NCBI GenBank assembly: GCA_964639985.1
Contig: CAZXHG010000008.1
Coordinates: forward strand, 2,116 to 66,115
Direction: 5' to 3'
Length of the DNA stretch: 64,000 bases
Source of the DNA: an uncultured Rickettsiales bacterium
Lineage (GTDB): Bacteria > Myxococcota_A > UBA796 > UBA9615 > CAYRNR01
The notes beneath the pieces were generated by a model that was not told the DNA's origin, made no database searches, and saw only the letters and a list, made by a program, of their open reading frames with translations. Position 1 is the stretch's first letter, and each line of letters opens with the position of its first letter. Positions 47,459 to 57,196 of the stretch are shown here, one piece after another. Made by a program: the position numbers and the translations under genes.

Positions 47459-50400
47459 GCCAGCTCGACGACGTGCTCGCCCGCAGCCGTGCTCCCGGGG
47501 CCTTCGTGGAGCGCAAGCGGTTCTCCCTGTCGCGGGACAAGGCGATCGACAAGCTGCGCGAGTTCTCGCTACGCAATCCGCGACAGTACGTGCTCGAGCT
47601 GATCCAGTCGGCCGTGTTCAGCGGGGCCAGCTACATCGCCGTGGACGTGGACCGGGAGCAGTGCACCGTGGCCTGGGTCGGTGGCCAGCCTTTTCATGAA
47701 GGCGACCTGGTCTCGGTCTTCGACAACCTGTTCCGCGACCGCTCCGACCTGGAACACCGGCCGATGATCCAGCTCGCCGTGGCGCTCAACGCCATGCTCC
47801 AGCGCAGGCCCCGCGCCCTGCGGGTGGAGAGCGGCGACGGCTCGGCCGAGGGCACGGTGCGCCTGGACCTCGACCGCAAGGGCAATGGCGTGCTCGGCAT
47901 CCCGGACATGGGCCTGGCCGGGACGTACGTGATGGCGGACTTCGGCAGCGACTGGTTCGGGCGGTTCTCCGGGGACACCTCCACACCCGAGGAGCGGCTG
48001 GTTGAAGAGCGCTGCCGGTTCTCGCCCGTGCCGATCCTGCTCAACGGCCGCGCACCCTTCGGCTACCGGGCCAGCCGCTCGCTGGCCATGCCCGGCTGCC
48101 CCATGTACCTGCCGTTCGACGACGGTGAGCGCTACGGCGTGCTGGCCGCGCCGCCGCGCGTCGGCCGCGTGGAGGGGGTCGCCCTGGTGGTGGGCGGGGT
48201 GCGCGTCACCACGAAGCTGCTGCTCGAGCTGGGCGTGCTGCCCGCGGGGGTGGTGCACCCGGCCGCGACAACGCCCCTGACCGGCGTGATCGCCGACGAC
48301 CGGCTGCGCAAGACCGCGGACCACTCCGACATCGTACGCGAGCGTCGCTTCGCCGAGATGCTGCACGCAGTGCAGCCCCACGCCACCGAGCTGATCCGCC
48401 AGCTGTCCGGCGACCGCTACGAGCCCCCGGCGCTGCCGCGGCTGGTGGGCGGCGCCAAGGTGGTCGAGGACCTGCCCGAGATCGTGCCCCAGATCCCGCC
48501 GCGGCCGGACCTGCCCCGCGACGCCCTCCGGCGGATTCCCGAGGGCGCCCCGGTCTTCAGGGTTCGGCCCACGGACGCCGACGCCCTGGCCGACGCGGTG
48601 CGGCCCGACCGGTTCCCGCACCCGGTGCTGGTCGTGCCCGACACGCAGGTCGCGTACATGGAGGACGTGGCGCCGCACCTGGCCGTGCACTGCCTCAACA
48701 GCGCCGACGAGGTGGCGTTCGTCGACCGCATGCTCGAACGTCGCGTGCGCGAGCGAACGGCCACGGTCCCGTTCCAGGATCCGGTGACCCCCGCCGTGCG
48801 CGGTAGCCTGGAGCTCACCCTGCACCTCGAGGGACCCCGGCCGCTGCTGCACGATCCGGCCGACGGGGACGTGTCCGTGCTCGTGTCCTCGGGTGCGCGC
48901 ATGCTGCGCCACGTGCCCACCCAGCTGGGACTGACCGGTGTCCGCGCTCACCTCGTGCTCGACCCGGGGGCCAACCTGCTGCCCGACGAACCCCTGCACG
49001 GCGTGGACCAGGCGATCCTGGACGGTGCGTGGGCCCTGGTGGGCGAGGAGACCGACGACCTGCTGGTGACCCTGCTCGCGGCGCACATGCAGCCCCACTT
49101 CGTGATCGAGGATGCACGCACCGCCCTGCAGGTGGGGTTCCCCGAGGTCGAGGACGCGGACCTGCACGCCCTGCGGGCCCGGCCCCTGGTGCAGACCGAG
49201 GAGGGGCCGTTGAGCCTGGACGGGCTGGTGGCCCTGATGGGCACGGACCGTGTCCTGCAGGTCGAGCACGACGAGGCGCTGGCGCGGGTGGCGCCGCTGG
49301 AGGAGCGGCTGGGCATGGGCCACCTGGCCAGCCCGTCGGTGGCCCGGACCGCCATCTGCGCGGTGGGTCGCGGCAGCTTCGGCTGGTTCGCGCTCACGCC
49401 GGGGCAGGCCCTGCCCGAGGGGCTGACCCAGATGATGTGGGTCGGCCGCAGCCTGCAGCCGAGGCTCCGACACCCGGACTGGGTGCCCGTGGACACCGAC
49501 CTGCCCGGCGTGGGAGCGGCGCGCCGGCCGGATCACGAGCCCGTGGCCCGGGACTGGGAGCAGGGCACGGCCGAACTGTATCGCACCCTGCGGACGCGAC
49601 TGCGGTTCGACGCCCCGGACGACGGCGTGGACATGAGTGATCCCCGGTCCCGCGGCATGGCCCGCCTGGCCGTGTTGCACCTGGGCCGCAAGCTCGGCCG
49701 GCTGGGCGACGATCCCCTGCTGCAGGCCCTCGGCAGCGCGGGGCCGGTGTCGCTGGACCAAGCCTGCACCGCGCCCGGGTTCGCGGCCTGGCCGCGATTC
49801 GGCCCGGCCGTGCTGGAGGACGGCGTGCTGCAGCTGTCCCTGGACGAGCTGAGCGTGCTGCAGTCCTGCTGCGAGATCCCCGTGCGGTTCGACGACCCGC
49901 CCAGCCTCTGGGACTCGCTCGCGGACCGGGGGGCGAGCGGCTGGCTGGTGCGCACCGAGGTCACCGTGCCGGGCATGCGCGGCTGGCTGGGGCTGCGCAA
50001 CCCCTTCGACGCCACCAGTGGCGTGTTCCTGCAGGCCGATGGGATCCGCGTGGCCGTGCCGGACGTGGACGCCCGCGTGCCCTGTCACGGGTTGCTGCGC
50101 AAGCTGGGCAGCTACTCGGAGGTGAGCAGCAGCCAGATGCAGCTGCTGCGGCTGGCACGCGAGCGGCTGTACCGCGAGGTGGGAGATCTGGCCGACGACC
50201 GCTCGATCGATCCGGCGCTGCGGGAGACAGCCCGGCAGTACCGCACCTGCCACGAGCAGGCCCGCCGGCCCGACGAGGAGGTGGACGAGGGCAAGCCCCG
50301 GGTCGCCAGCCGGGGCTCGAAGGCCCTCGATGAGCTCGCCCGCCGGCTGGCCGAGGCCAGCGGGGGGGTGCTGGACGAGGAGACCCTGTACGTGCGCCCG

Positions 50401-50640
50401 GCCGACGACGGCCCCCGCGATCCGCCCGTGGACCTGATCCAGCGCAAGGCCATGGTCAGCGTGCTGATCAACCGCTCCCACCCCCTGGCCGAGGAGGCGC
50501 TGTCGCGCCCGGGGCGGGCCCGCGAGCTGATCCTGATGGAGGCCCTGCGCCAGGTGGCGTCGTGGGGCGCGATGCACGGACGGGGCTTCGACCTGCTGGA
50601 CGCACAGCAGGTGCTCGTGGCGCAGCGGCTGGGACTGTGA
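47455..50640 (+). CDS. Large (1061 aa) partner protein, translationally coupled to the GHKL ATPase, with a degenerate GHKL-like N-terminus.
   Basis: ATG overlaps the upstream TGA (ATGA). The N-terminus YVLELIQSAVFSGASYIAVDVD parallels the N box but with Asn/Asp replaced, and the G1-equivalent DLVSVFDNLF is degenerate, so the fold is likely ATP-inactive. The remainder has no recognised domains. Confidence 0.75.
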   Translation: MSQLDDVLARSRAPGAFVERKRFSLSRDKAIDKLREFSLRNPRQYVLELIQSAVFSGASYIAVDVDREQCTVAWVGGQPFHEGDLVSVFDNLFRDRSDLEHRPMIQLAVALNAMLQRRPRALRVESGDGSAEGTVRLDLDRKGNGVLGIPDMGLAGTYVMADFGSDWFGRFSGDTSTPEERLVEERCRFSPVPILLNGRAPFGYRASRSLAMPGCPMYLPFDDGERYGVLAAPPRVGRVEGVALVVGGVRVTTKLLLELGVLPAGVVHPAATTPLTGVIADDRLRKTADHSDIVRERRFAEMLHAVQPHATELIRQLSGDRYEPPALPRLVGGAKVVEDLPEIVPQIPPRPDLPRDALRRIPEGAPVFRVRPTDADALADAVRPDRFPHPVLVVPDTQVAYMEDVAPHLAVHCLNSADEVAFVDRMLERRVRERTATVPFQDPVTPAVRGSLELTLHLEGPRPLLHDPADGDVSVLVSSGARMLRHVPTQLGLTGVRAHLVLDPGANLLPDEPLHGVDQAILDGAWALVGEETDDLLVTLLAAHMQPHFVIEDARTALQVGFPEVEDADLHALRARPLVQTEEGPLSLDGLVALMGTDRVLQVEHDEALARVAPLEERLGMGHLASPSVARTAICAVGRGSFGWFALTPGQALPEGLTQMMWVGRSLQPRLRHPDWVPVDTDLPGVGAARRPDHEPVARDWEQGTAELYRTLRTRLRFDAPDDGVDMSDPRSRGMARLAVLHLGRKLGRLGDDPLLQALGSAGPVSLDQACTAPGFAAWPRFGPAVLEDGVLQLSLDELSVLQSCCEIPVRFDDPPSLWDSLADRGASGWLVRTEVTVPGMRGWLGLRNPFDATSGVFLQADGIRVAVPDVDARVPCHGLLRKLGSYSEVSSSQMQLLRLARERLYREVGDLADDRSIDPALRETARQYRTCHEQARRPDEEVDEGKPRVASRGSKALDELARRLAEASGGVLDEETLYVRPADDGPRDPPVDLIQRKAMVSVLINRSHPLAEEALSRPGRARELILMEALRQVASWGAMHGRGFDLLDAQQVLVAQRLGL

Positions 50641-50780
50641 CCGGTAGATGTTGGGGGGCTCGCGGCGACGCCCCGACCCCGAGAGCGAGGAGGGGTGACA
50701 GGAGCGCCGCCGCGAGCAGCGAGTGAGGTCTCATCAGGGGCGCAGAACGCGCGAGTGCGGTCGATTGTTCCGTGGTCGGC

Positions 50781-51398
50781 TCAGATGGGATCGATGGTGA
50801 CGTGCGTCTCGTGCATGGCCGCGGCGTCGCCCACGTCGGTCAGGTCGGCCACGCGGAGCTGGTTCACGCCCTGGAGGTCGCCGCGCCAGGCCGAAGGATT
50901 GAACAGCTCCCCGCGCGCCGGGCCTCGGCCACGAAGCGCATGGCAGCCGCTGCCGCCCAGGTCCATGTGCTGGGCCGCGTGGATCGCCTCCACGCTCATG
51001 CCGCCGAGGGTGTGGGTGGCGCCGCCGAACCAGGCCCAGAACCGGCGGCCGAGGGTGCGGGCGACCAGGCCGTGGATCCCGGAGTAGCTGACGTGGGCGA
51101 TGGACGTCGGTCCGAGCGTGTCGCGGACGTGGAGCAGGCGCTCGGCTGCGAGGTCGAGCGCGTCGTCCCACGAAAGACGCTGCCAGCCGTGGTCGGTCCT
51201 GCGCATGGGGTGCAGCACGCGGTCCGGGCTGTAGAAGCGTTCCAGGTAGCGGTTGCCCCGCTGGCACAGGAAGCCCCGGGTGATGCCGTGGTCGGGATCG
51301 CCGACGTGCTCCACCACGCGGCCGCCTGCCACGGTGGCCAGCACGGCGCAGGAGTCGGGGCAGTCGCGATTGCAGATCGTGCGGGTGGTGTGGGTCAT
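50781..51398 (-). pseudogene. N-terminal ~205-aa fragment of a molybdopterin (bis-MGD) oxidoreductase, truncated remnant.
   Basis: MTHTTRTICNRDCPDSCAVLATVAGGRVVEHVGDPDHGITRGFLCQRGN... carries the 4Cys [4Fe-4S] Mo-bisPGD N-domain and the start of the molybdopterin domain. It ends at ~205 aa, whereas full-length family members are ~700-800 aa. Confidence 0.55.
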
Positions 51399-51516
51399 GG
51401 GGGGATCATGCCCGACCGGGCTGGTACTCGGACAGCCAGGCAGGTGTTCAGGGATGGCGCAGGCCTGCGCGCCACTATGGCGCACGACGTCCGCTGGATC
51501 GGTGCCGACGGACGGT

Positions 51517-52977
51517 TCACCTGCTGTCGAGCTTGCGCAACAGGGTGTTGCGCGCGATGCCGAGCACACGTGCGGTCGCGCTCCGGTTGCCGTGGTTGGC
51601 CTCCAGCACATGCCGGATGTAGGCGTCCTCCACGTCCCGGAGCGTGCCGATCTCGGTGAAGAACGTGCCCTCGCGATGGGAGCCAGCCGCGCCGCAGATG
51701 AAGGAGGAGCTGATGGAGAGGTGCTCGGGTGCGATGCATGCCTCGGGCGTGATCACCACGGCCGACTCGATGCAGTGCTCGAGTTCGCGCACGTTGCCGG
51801 GCCAGTCGTGGGCGTGGAGCACGGCGCGTGCCGCGGGTGCCAGCTCGAGGTCATCGCGGCCGTGGCGGAGGCACTTGTCCACGAGGAAGTGGTCGATCAG
51901 CCGGTCGAGGTCGCCGTGGCCGCGTTCGCGCAGCGGGGGCACGTAGATCTCCACGACCTTCATCCGGTAGTAGAGGTCCTGCCGGAAGTCCTCCTCGAGC
52001 ACGGCCTGTTCCAGATCGCGGTGGGTCGCGCACACGAAGCGTACGTCTGCGCTGAGGGCGCGGGTTCCCCCCACCCTCAGGAAGGCCCGTTCCTGCAACA
52101 GCCGCAGCAGCTTGCCCTGGGTGGTGGGGCTCAGCTCGGCGACCTCGTCGAGGAACAAGGTGCCGCCCTCGGCCGCGTCGAGCTTGCCTCTGGCCTGGGC
52201 GTCGGCCCCGGTGTACGCGCCGCGTTCGTGGCCGAACAGCTCGTTCTCGATCAGCTGTTCGGGCAGGGCGGCGCAGTCGACCTTGACGAACGGCTTGCTG
52301 CTGCGAGCGGAGTTGTCGTGTACGGCGCGGGCGAACAGTTCCTTGCCCGTGCCGCTCGCACCGCGGATCAGCACCGTGGCTTCGGTGGTCGCAGCGCGGG
52401 ACACGAGGTTGTACACGCCCTGCATGGCTGCGGATTCGCCCACGATGTTGTTGAAGCGGAACGCCAGCGGCTGGCGGGCGCCGGGAACCAGCTGTGTGCG
52501 CAGGCTCGAGGTCAGCAGCGCCCCTGTCACGCGCTCGGCGATGCGTGTCAGCCGGGTGAGATCCTTGTCGTCGAACTCGCCTTCACGCTTGTTGAGCAGT
52601 TCCAATACGGCCAGTACATGACCATCGGGATCGCGCAGCGGTGTCGCGATCACGCTGTGGGTGCTGTAGCCCGTGAGCACGTCCACGTGGCGGGCGAGCT
52701 TGGACTGACGGCCGCCGCGGACCTCCAGCCGGGGCTCGCCGGCTCGCGCCACCCAGCCGGCGACCCCGTCGCCGACGCGCAACCGGATCTCGGCGATCTC
52801 GGGCAGGTGGGCGGCGCGGCTGACGAGCATGTTGCTGGCGTGGTCGACGATGTAGAGCGTGCCGCGATCCGCGTCCAGCTGCTCGGTGACCTGGTCGACG
52901 ATATGGTGCAGGGCCACGTCCAGGTCGACCAGCCGACCGCTCAGCATCTCCCTGAGTTCAGCGATCCAGTCGCTCAA
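51517..52977 (-). CDS. Sigma-54-dependent transcriptional activator (GAF sensor + AAA+ sigma-54 interaction domain + Fis-type HTH).
   Basis: GAF-like N-domain. GESAAM, GASGTGKE Walker A, the GAFTGA-equivalent ENELFGHERGAYTGA, and a C-terminal HTH (GNRSATARVLGIARNTLLRKL). TTG start at 52977 preceded by AGGAGGAGGTG; the start is uncertain. Confidence 0.9.
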   Translation of the reverse strand: MSDWIAELREMLSGRLVDLDVALHHIVDQVTEQLDADRGTLYIVDHASNMLVSRAAHLPEIAEIRLRVGDGVAGWVARAGEPRLEVRGGRQSKLARHVDVLTGYSTHSVIATPLRDPDGHVLAVLELLNKREGEFDDKDLTRLTRIAERVTGALLTSSLRTQLVPGARQPLAFRFNNIVGESAAMQGVYNLVSRAATTEATVLIRGASGTGKELFARAVHDNSARSSKPFVKVDCAALPEQLIENELFGHERGAYTGADAQARGKLDAAEGGTLFLDEVAELSPTTQGKLLRLLQERAFLRVGGTRALSADVRFVCATHRDLEQAVLEEDFRQDLYYRMKVVEIYVPPLRERGHGDLDRLIDHFLVDKCLRHGRDDLELAPAARAVLHAHDWPGNVRELEHCIESAVVITPEACIAPEHLSISSSFICGAAGSHREGTFFTEIGTLRDVEDAYIRHVLEANHGNRSATARVLGIARNTLLRKLDSR

Positions 52978-53101
52978 TGCCCACCTCCTCCTGGGTCCGG
53001 GATCGGGGCGTGAGTATAACCGTCCTGGAGGCGTGGCTCCTCCTCCATCCGTTCGCCCGCTGCCCCGGACGTCGCCATGATGTCTGCAACTACGGTGCCA
53101 A

Positions 53102-55402
53102 ATGAAAAGCGCGCGCCGGTACAATGCAGGCGAGTTCGAGGCCGACCCGCGCAATCCACGGGACGATCTGGATGGTCAGCGCGTGACGAACGAAATCCGC
53201 CGTTCCCGTTCCTTCTGGGCCGGTCCGCAGCCCTCCCTCTCCGCCGGCGCACTGGTGATCCTGGTGTTCACCCTGATGGCGGTGGTGGGTGATCGGCACG
53301 GATACCTGCTGCGGTTCGTCGAGCGCGCGGAGTATGCGCTGCTCGACGCGGGGTACCGGGCTCGCGGCGCACTGGAACCCAGCGAGCAGGTCGCGCTGGT
53401 CATGATCGACCAGCCGACCATCGAGCGGTACGGCCGCTTCCCGCTGCCCCGCGGGGTGATCGGCGAGGCCCTGGCAGCCCTGGCCCGGGCCGGGGCCCGC
53501 CAGGTGGTCGTGGACATGGTGTTCTGCGAGCCGGCCAGCGAGCAGGAGGACGCTGCCCTGACAAACGCGCTGGCGGAGGCCGGGCTGCCGGTCTACCTGG
53601 GCCACTTCTTCTACACCGGACCTTCCGAGGTCACCCCGAGCCTCCCCCTGGAGCGGCGTGATGCGTTCGTCCGCCTCACCGAGGACCTGCCAACGAGCCT
53701 CGGCGCGGACCACCACCTGCTGTCGGCCCACGCGTTCCACCCGTCGCTGCCGGTGTTGCAGCGGCACGCTGCGGGAGCCGGTTTCCTCAACGTGCGCGTG
53801 GACGAGGGCGGGATCGTGAGGCGAGCCCAGCTGGTCATCGCGCACGATGGCCGGATCTACCCGTCGATCGAGGTCCTGGCGGCCGCGGATCGGCTGATCG
53901 GGCCGGGAGGGAGCGGGAGCACCCTGTTTCTCGGCGGGGGTGCGCGAGCGCCCGTCCTGCACCTGGGCGACCGCGAATTCGCCCTGGACCCGAGCGGGGC
54001 CGCGGTGCTGGACTACGTCGGCCCAGCGGGCACCTTCCCGACCGTATCCTTGCTGGACGTCCTGGATGGTGGTGACGGTGCAGCGTCGGCGGAGGTGGTG
54101 GAGGCCGTCCACGATCGCACCGTGCTGCTGGGCACGTCGGCCGTGGGGGTGTGGGACCGGCGGGACACGCCGTTCACCGCGTCCGTGCCGAGCGTGGAGA
54201 TCCACGCGGCCATCATCGACAACATCCTGGAGCAGCGTTTCATCCAGCGCCCTCCCTGGATCCAGGTTGCCGAATGGCTGGTCATGCTGGTCGTGGGTCT
54301 GTTGCTGACCCTGGCGACGACCTGGGCGCCGGTGCGCTGGTGCGCGGCTGCGCTGGTCGGCCTGGTCGTCGGCCTGATCGCCCTCGACCTGGGTGTGCTG
54401 TTCCGCGCCGGTATCTGGTTCAAGCCGATCTGGATCGCGGCCGAACTGATCGCCGTGTTCGGCGCCGTGCTGCCGCTGCGGTCCTACGCCCAGACCCTGC
54501 TCAACCGCCGTGAACGCGAGCAGCGGCAACACCTGCTGCAGCTGTTCGGCAAGTACGTGTCGCCCGCCGTGATCGACCAGATGCTCGCCGATCCGTCCCT
54601 GGTCCGGCTGGGCGGCGAGCGCCGAGACGTGTCGTTGATGTTCTCGGACCTGCGCGGGTTCACCTCGCTGTCGGAGCACCTGGCGCCGCAGGCCCTGTCC
54701 GCGCTGCTCAACGACTACTTCGGGGCCATGACCGAGGCGATCCTGGAGCAGGGGGGCATGCTCGACAAGTTCATGGGTGACGGCATCATGGCCCTGTTCG
54801 GTGCGCCCCTGTCGTGCGACGACCACGCCGCGCGCGCCTGTCGGGCCGCCCTGGACAAGGTGCGGGCCCTGCAGCTGCTCAACGAACGCCTGTCCGCGAC
54901 CGCGACACTGGACGCCCCGCTCCGGATCGGCATCGGCATCAACAGCGGCGGTGCCGTGGTGGGCAACATGGGCTCGGTGCAGCGGTTCGAGTACACGGCC
55001 ATCGGCGACGAGGTCAACCTGGCGTCGCGGCTGGAAGGGGTGACCAAGCAGTACGGGGTCTGCTGTGTCGTCTCCGATTCCACGCGGGCAGCTGCAGGGG
55101 CCGACTTCGTGTTCCGCGAACTCGACCTCGTGCGCGTGTTGGGGCGCCAGGAGCCGGTGCGGGTGCACGAACTGGTGGGGTACGCGGACGAGCGCGAGCG
55201 CCCGTGGGTGGCCGTGTACGAGCGCGCCCTTGCGCGCTTCCGCGACCGGTGTTGGGATGAGGCCCGGACCCTGTGTGGGGAGGTGTCCACCCTGCGTCCC
55301 GGGGACGGGCCGGCGCGATTGCTCGCCGAGCGCGCCCACAGGTACGCCGAGCACCCCCCCGGCGAGGACTGGGATGGGTGTCACATACTGTCGAGCAAGT
55401 AG
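53102..55402 (+). CDS. CHASE2-sensor class III adenylate/guanylate cyclase.
   Basis: N-terminal CHASE2 domain, transmembrane helices (WLVMLVVGLLLTLATTWAP...), and a cyclase domain with FSDLRGFTSL and KFMGDGIMALFGAP motifs. Confidence 0.9.
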   Translation: MKSARRYNAGEFEADPRNPRDDLDGQRVTNEIRRSRSFWAGPQPSLSAGALVILVFTLMAVVGDRHGYLLRFVERAEYALLDAGYRARGALEPSEQVALVMIDQPTIERYGRFPLPRGVIGEALAALARAGARQVVVDMVFCEPASEQEDAALTNALAEAGLPVYLGHFFYTGPSEVTPSLPLERRDAFVRLTEDLPTSLGADHHLLSAHAFHPSLPVLQRHAAGAGFLNVRVDEGGIVRRAQLVIAHDGRIYPSIEVLAAADRLIGPGGSGSTLFLGGGARAPVLHLGDREFALDPSGAAVLDYVGPAGTFPTVSLLDVLDGGDGAASAEVVEAVHDRTVLLGTSAVGVWDRRDTPFTASVPSVEIHAAIIDNILEQRFIQRPPWIQVAEWLVMLVVGLLLTLATTWAPVRWCAAALVGLVVGLIALDLGVLFRAGIWFKPIWIAAELIAVFGAVLPLRSYAQTLLNRREREQRQHLLQLFGKYVSPAVIDQMLADPSLVRLGGERRDVSLMFSDLRGFTSLSEHLAPQALSALLNDYFGAMTEAILEQGGMLDKFMGDGIMALFGAPLSCDDHAARACRAALDKVRALQLLNERLSATATLDAPLRIGIGINSGGAVVGNMGSVQRFEYTAIGDEVNLASRLEGVTKQYGVCCVVSDSTRAAAGADFVFRELDLVRVLGRQEPVRVHELVGYADERERPWVAVYERALARFRDRCWDEARTLCGEVSTLRPGDGPARLLAERAHRYAEHPPGEDWDGCHILSSK

Positions 55403-57122
55403 CCTGCTGCTGTTGTTGATGGCGCTCGTGGCCCGCGAGGCGTGCGCGGCTCCGCCCGCAATGGACCTCCAGCACTACCAGCCGCTCGGCGGGGACTGGG
55501 ACTGGTTCGCCACCCAAGGGACGGTTCCGCTGGACACGGGCCAGCTCGCGTTCGGATTGTGCTGGAGCCACGCCCGCGATCCGTTGCTGCAGGAGCAGAC
55601 CGATGGTTCGAACCGGAGGATCGTCGGTGACCTGTCCACCCTGTACCTGCAAGGCGCGGTGGGCCTGGGCGTCGCGGACGTCTCCCTGACCTTCCCCCTC
55701 CACCTGGCGGTCCTGGGCGAGGGACACCTCGGATGGGGCGACCTCGCACCCGGACCCGCGCCGGGCGACCTGGCGCTCACGCCCCGGGTGCGGCTGCTCG
55801 ATCCGGAACGGTACCCGGTCGGGCTGGCCGTTGCCGTCCGGCTCGGACTGCCCACCGGCGACGAGACCCGCTACGTGGGCCTCCGGACCGTCGAGGCCGC
55901 TCCGCTGGTGGCCCTCGATGGACGCCTGGGGCGGGTTCACCTGGGACTCAACGTGGGTGCACGCCTGCGCGGGATCGAGGACGTGGCCGATCTGCGCGTG
56001 GGCAGCGCGTTGCTCCTGCGTGGTGCAGTCGGCCTGGGGATTCACCAGCGGGTCTCCCTGGGGGCGGAGGTGTACGGTGACGTCGGCAGTTCGCCCGAGG
56101 TCAGCCCGTTCGAGTGGCTGGCTGGCGTCTCGGTCGCGCCCGCGGAGCCGTTGACCGTGCGGTTCGCGGGCGGGACCGCGCTGGGGCCCGGGCTGGGCGC
56201 ACCCCGCTGGCGGCTCGTCGCAGGCGTGGTCATCTCGCCCCGCCGCCGCGCGCGGAGCGTGGACGTGGCCGAGGTCCAGACCCTCGAGGCGTCTGTGGAC
56301 GCCTCCCGGCGCTCCGTGGACGTGCACGTGGTGCCCGGGGGCTGGGTCGACGTGTGCGAACCGGGGTGCCACCGGTTCGACGTGGAGGGCGAACGATCGA
56401 GCCTGTCGTTGCCCGCGGACACGGACAGCATCGTGGTCGGTGCCGACGGGTACGAGCCGGTGCGGCTCGACCTGGCCGGCGTACCCTCGGGCGAGGACCT
56501 CCCACCGGTCGAGCTGCAGCCCGCCCACGCGCAGGGCTGGTTGACCGTGACCGTGTCGGATGGTGCCGGTCTGGCTGACAGTGCGATCCTCGACCTCGGC
56601 GATGGCGCCTCCGTCGAGGTCTCGCCTGGCCGCACCTCCGTGGCGCTGGAGCCCGGAGAGCGGACCGTGACCGTCCAGAGGGTGGGCAGCGCTCCGGCGT
56701 CCGTGTCGGTGACCATCCGCCCCGGAGTGCGCACATTTGCCCGCGCCGCGCTCGAGCCGGTCGCTGCCTCCTTCCCGGAGATCATCCTGTTCGGCAGCAA
56801 CAGCCACGAACTGTCGCCCGAGGCCCAGGAGATGCTGCGAGACGTGGCCGGCCGGCTCGGAGAATGCGGCGGCGGTCACCTGTCGATCGTGGGGCACGCG
56901 GATCCCAAGGGCGATCCCGACCGCAACCTGCGGCTCTGCCGGCAGCGAGCCGACGTGGTGGTGCGGTACCTGGTGGAGCTCGGTGTGGACCCGGACCAGC
57001 TGGCCGTTCGGGCCGAGCGGCACGGCATCGCCACCGATCCTGGCGAGCTGGCGGCGCTGCGGCGGGTGGACTTCGCCTGGCATCCGGTCGCCGCGACCGG
57101 GCCTGCCGACGCACCCAGGTGA
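55374..57122 (+). CDS. OmpA-family outer-membrane/peptidoglycan-associated protein.
   Basis: Signal peptide SSLLLLLMALVAREACA. C-terminal OmpA_C-like domain (ILFGSNSHELSPEAQEMLRDVA...SIVGHADPKGDPDRNLRLCRQRADVV). Its start overlaps the cyclase gene end by 29 nt. Confidence 0.75.
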   Translation: MGVTYCRASSLLLLLMALVAREACAAPPAMDLQHYQPLGGDWDWFATQGTVPLDTGQLAFGLCWSHARDPLLQEQTDGSNRRIVGDLSTLYLQGAVGLGVADVSLTFPLHLAVLGEGHLGWGDLAPGPAPGDLALTPRVRLLDPERYPVGLAVAVRLGLPTGDETRYVGLRTVEAAPLVALDGRLGRVHLGLNVGARLRGIEDVADLRVGSALLLRGAVGLGIHQRVSLGAEVYGDVGSSPEVSPFEWLAGVSVAPAEPLTVRFAGGTALGPGLGAPRWRLVAGVVISPRRRARSVDVAEVQTLEASVDASRRSVDVHVVPGGWVDVCEPGCHRFDVEGERSSLSLPADTDSIVVGADGYEPVRLDLAGVPSGEDLPPVELQPAHAQGWLTVTVSDGAGLADSAILDLGDGASVEVSPGRTSVALEPGERTVTVQRVGSAPASVSVTIRPGVRTFARAALEPVAASFPEIILFGSNSHELSPEAQEMLRDVAGRLGECGGGHLSIVGHADPKGDPDRNLRLCRQRADVVVRYLVELGVDPDQLAVRAERHGIATDPGELAALRRVDFAWHPVAATGPADAPR

Positions 57123-57196
57123 GGAGAGCTGCGGTGACGGCCCGCGGAGTCAGGGCACGCGTCTTGCATGACCAGAGGGCACCTGGGAGAAACAAG

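Noticed and set aside
47569-50577. 1002-aa minus-strand ORF antisense to the 1061-aa GHKL partner gene
   Set aside because: Gly/Ala/Arg/Val-rich with no motifs. The sense frame has protein-like composition and is translationally coupled to the upstream gene.
53090-57083. Long minus-strand ORFs (53090..55384, 55014..57083) antisense to the CHASE2 cyclase and OmpA genes
   Set aside because: Antisense artefacts of high-GC coding DNA. The sense strands carry complete CHASE2, cyclase and OmpA_C signatures.
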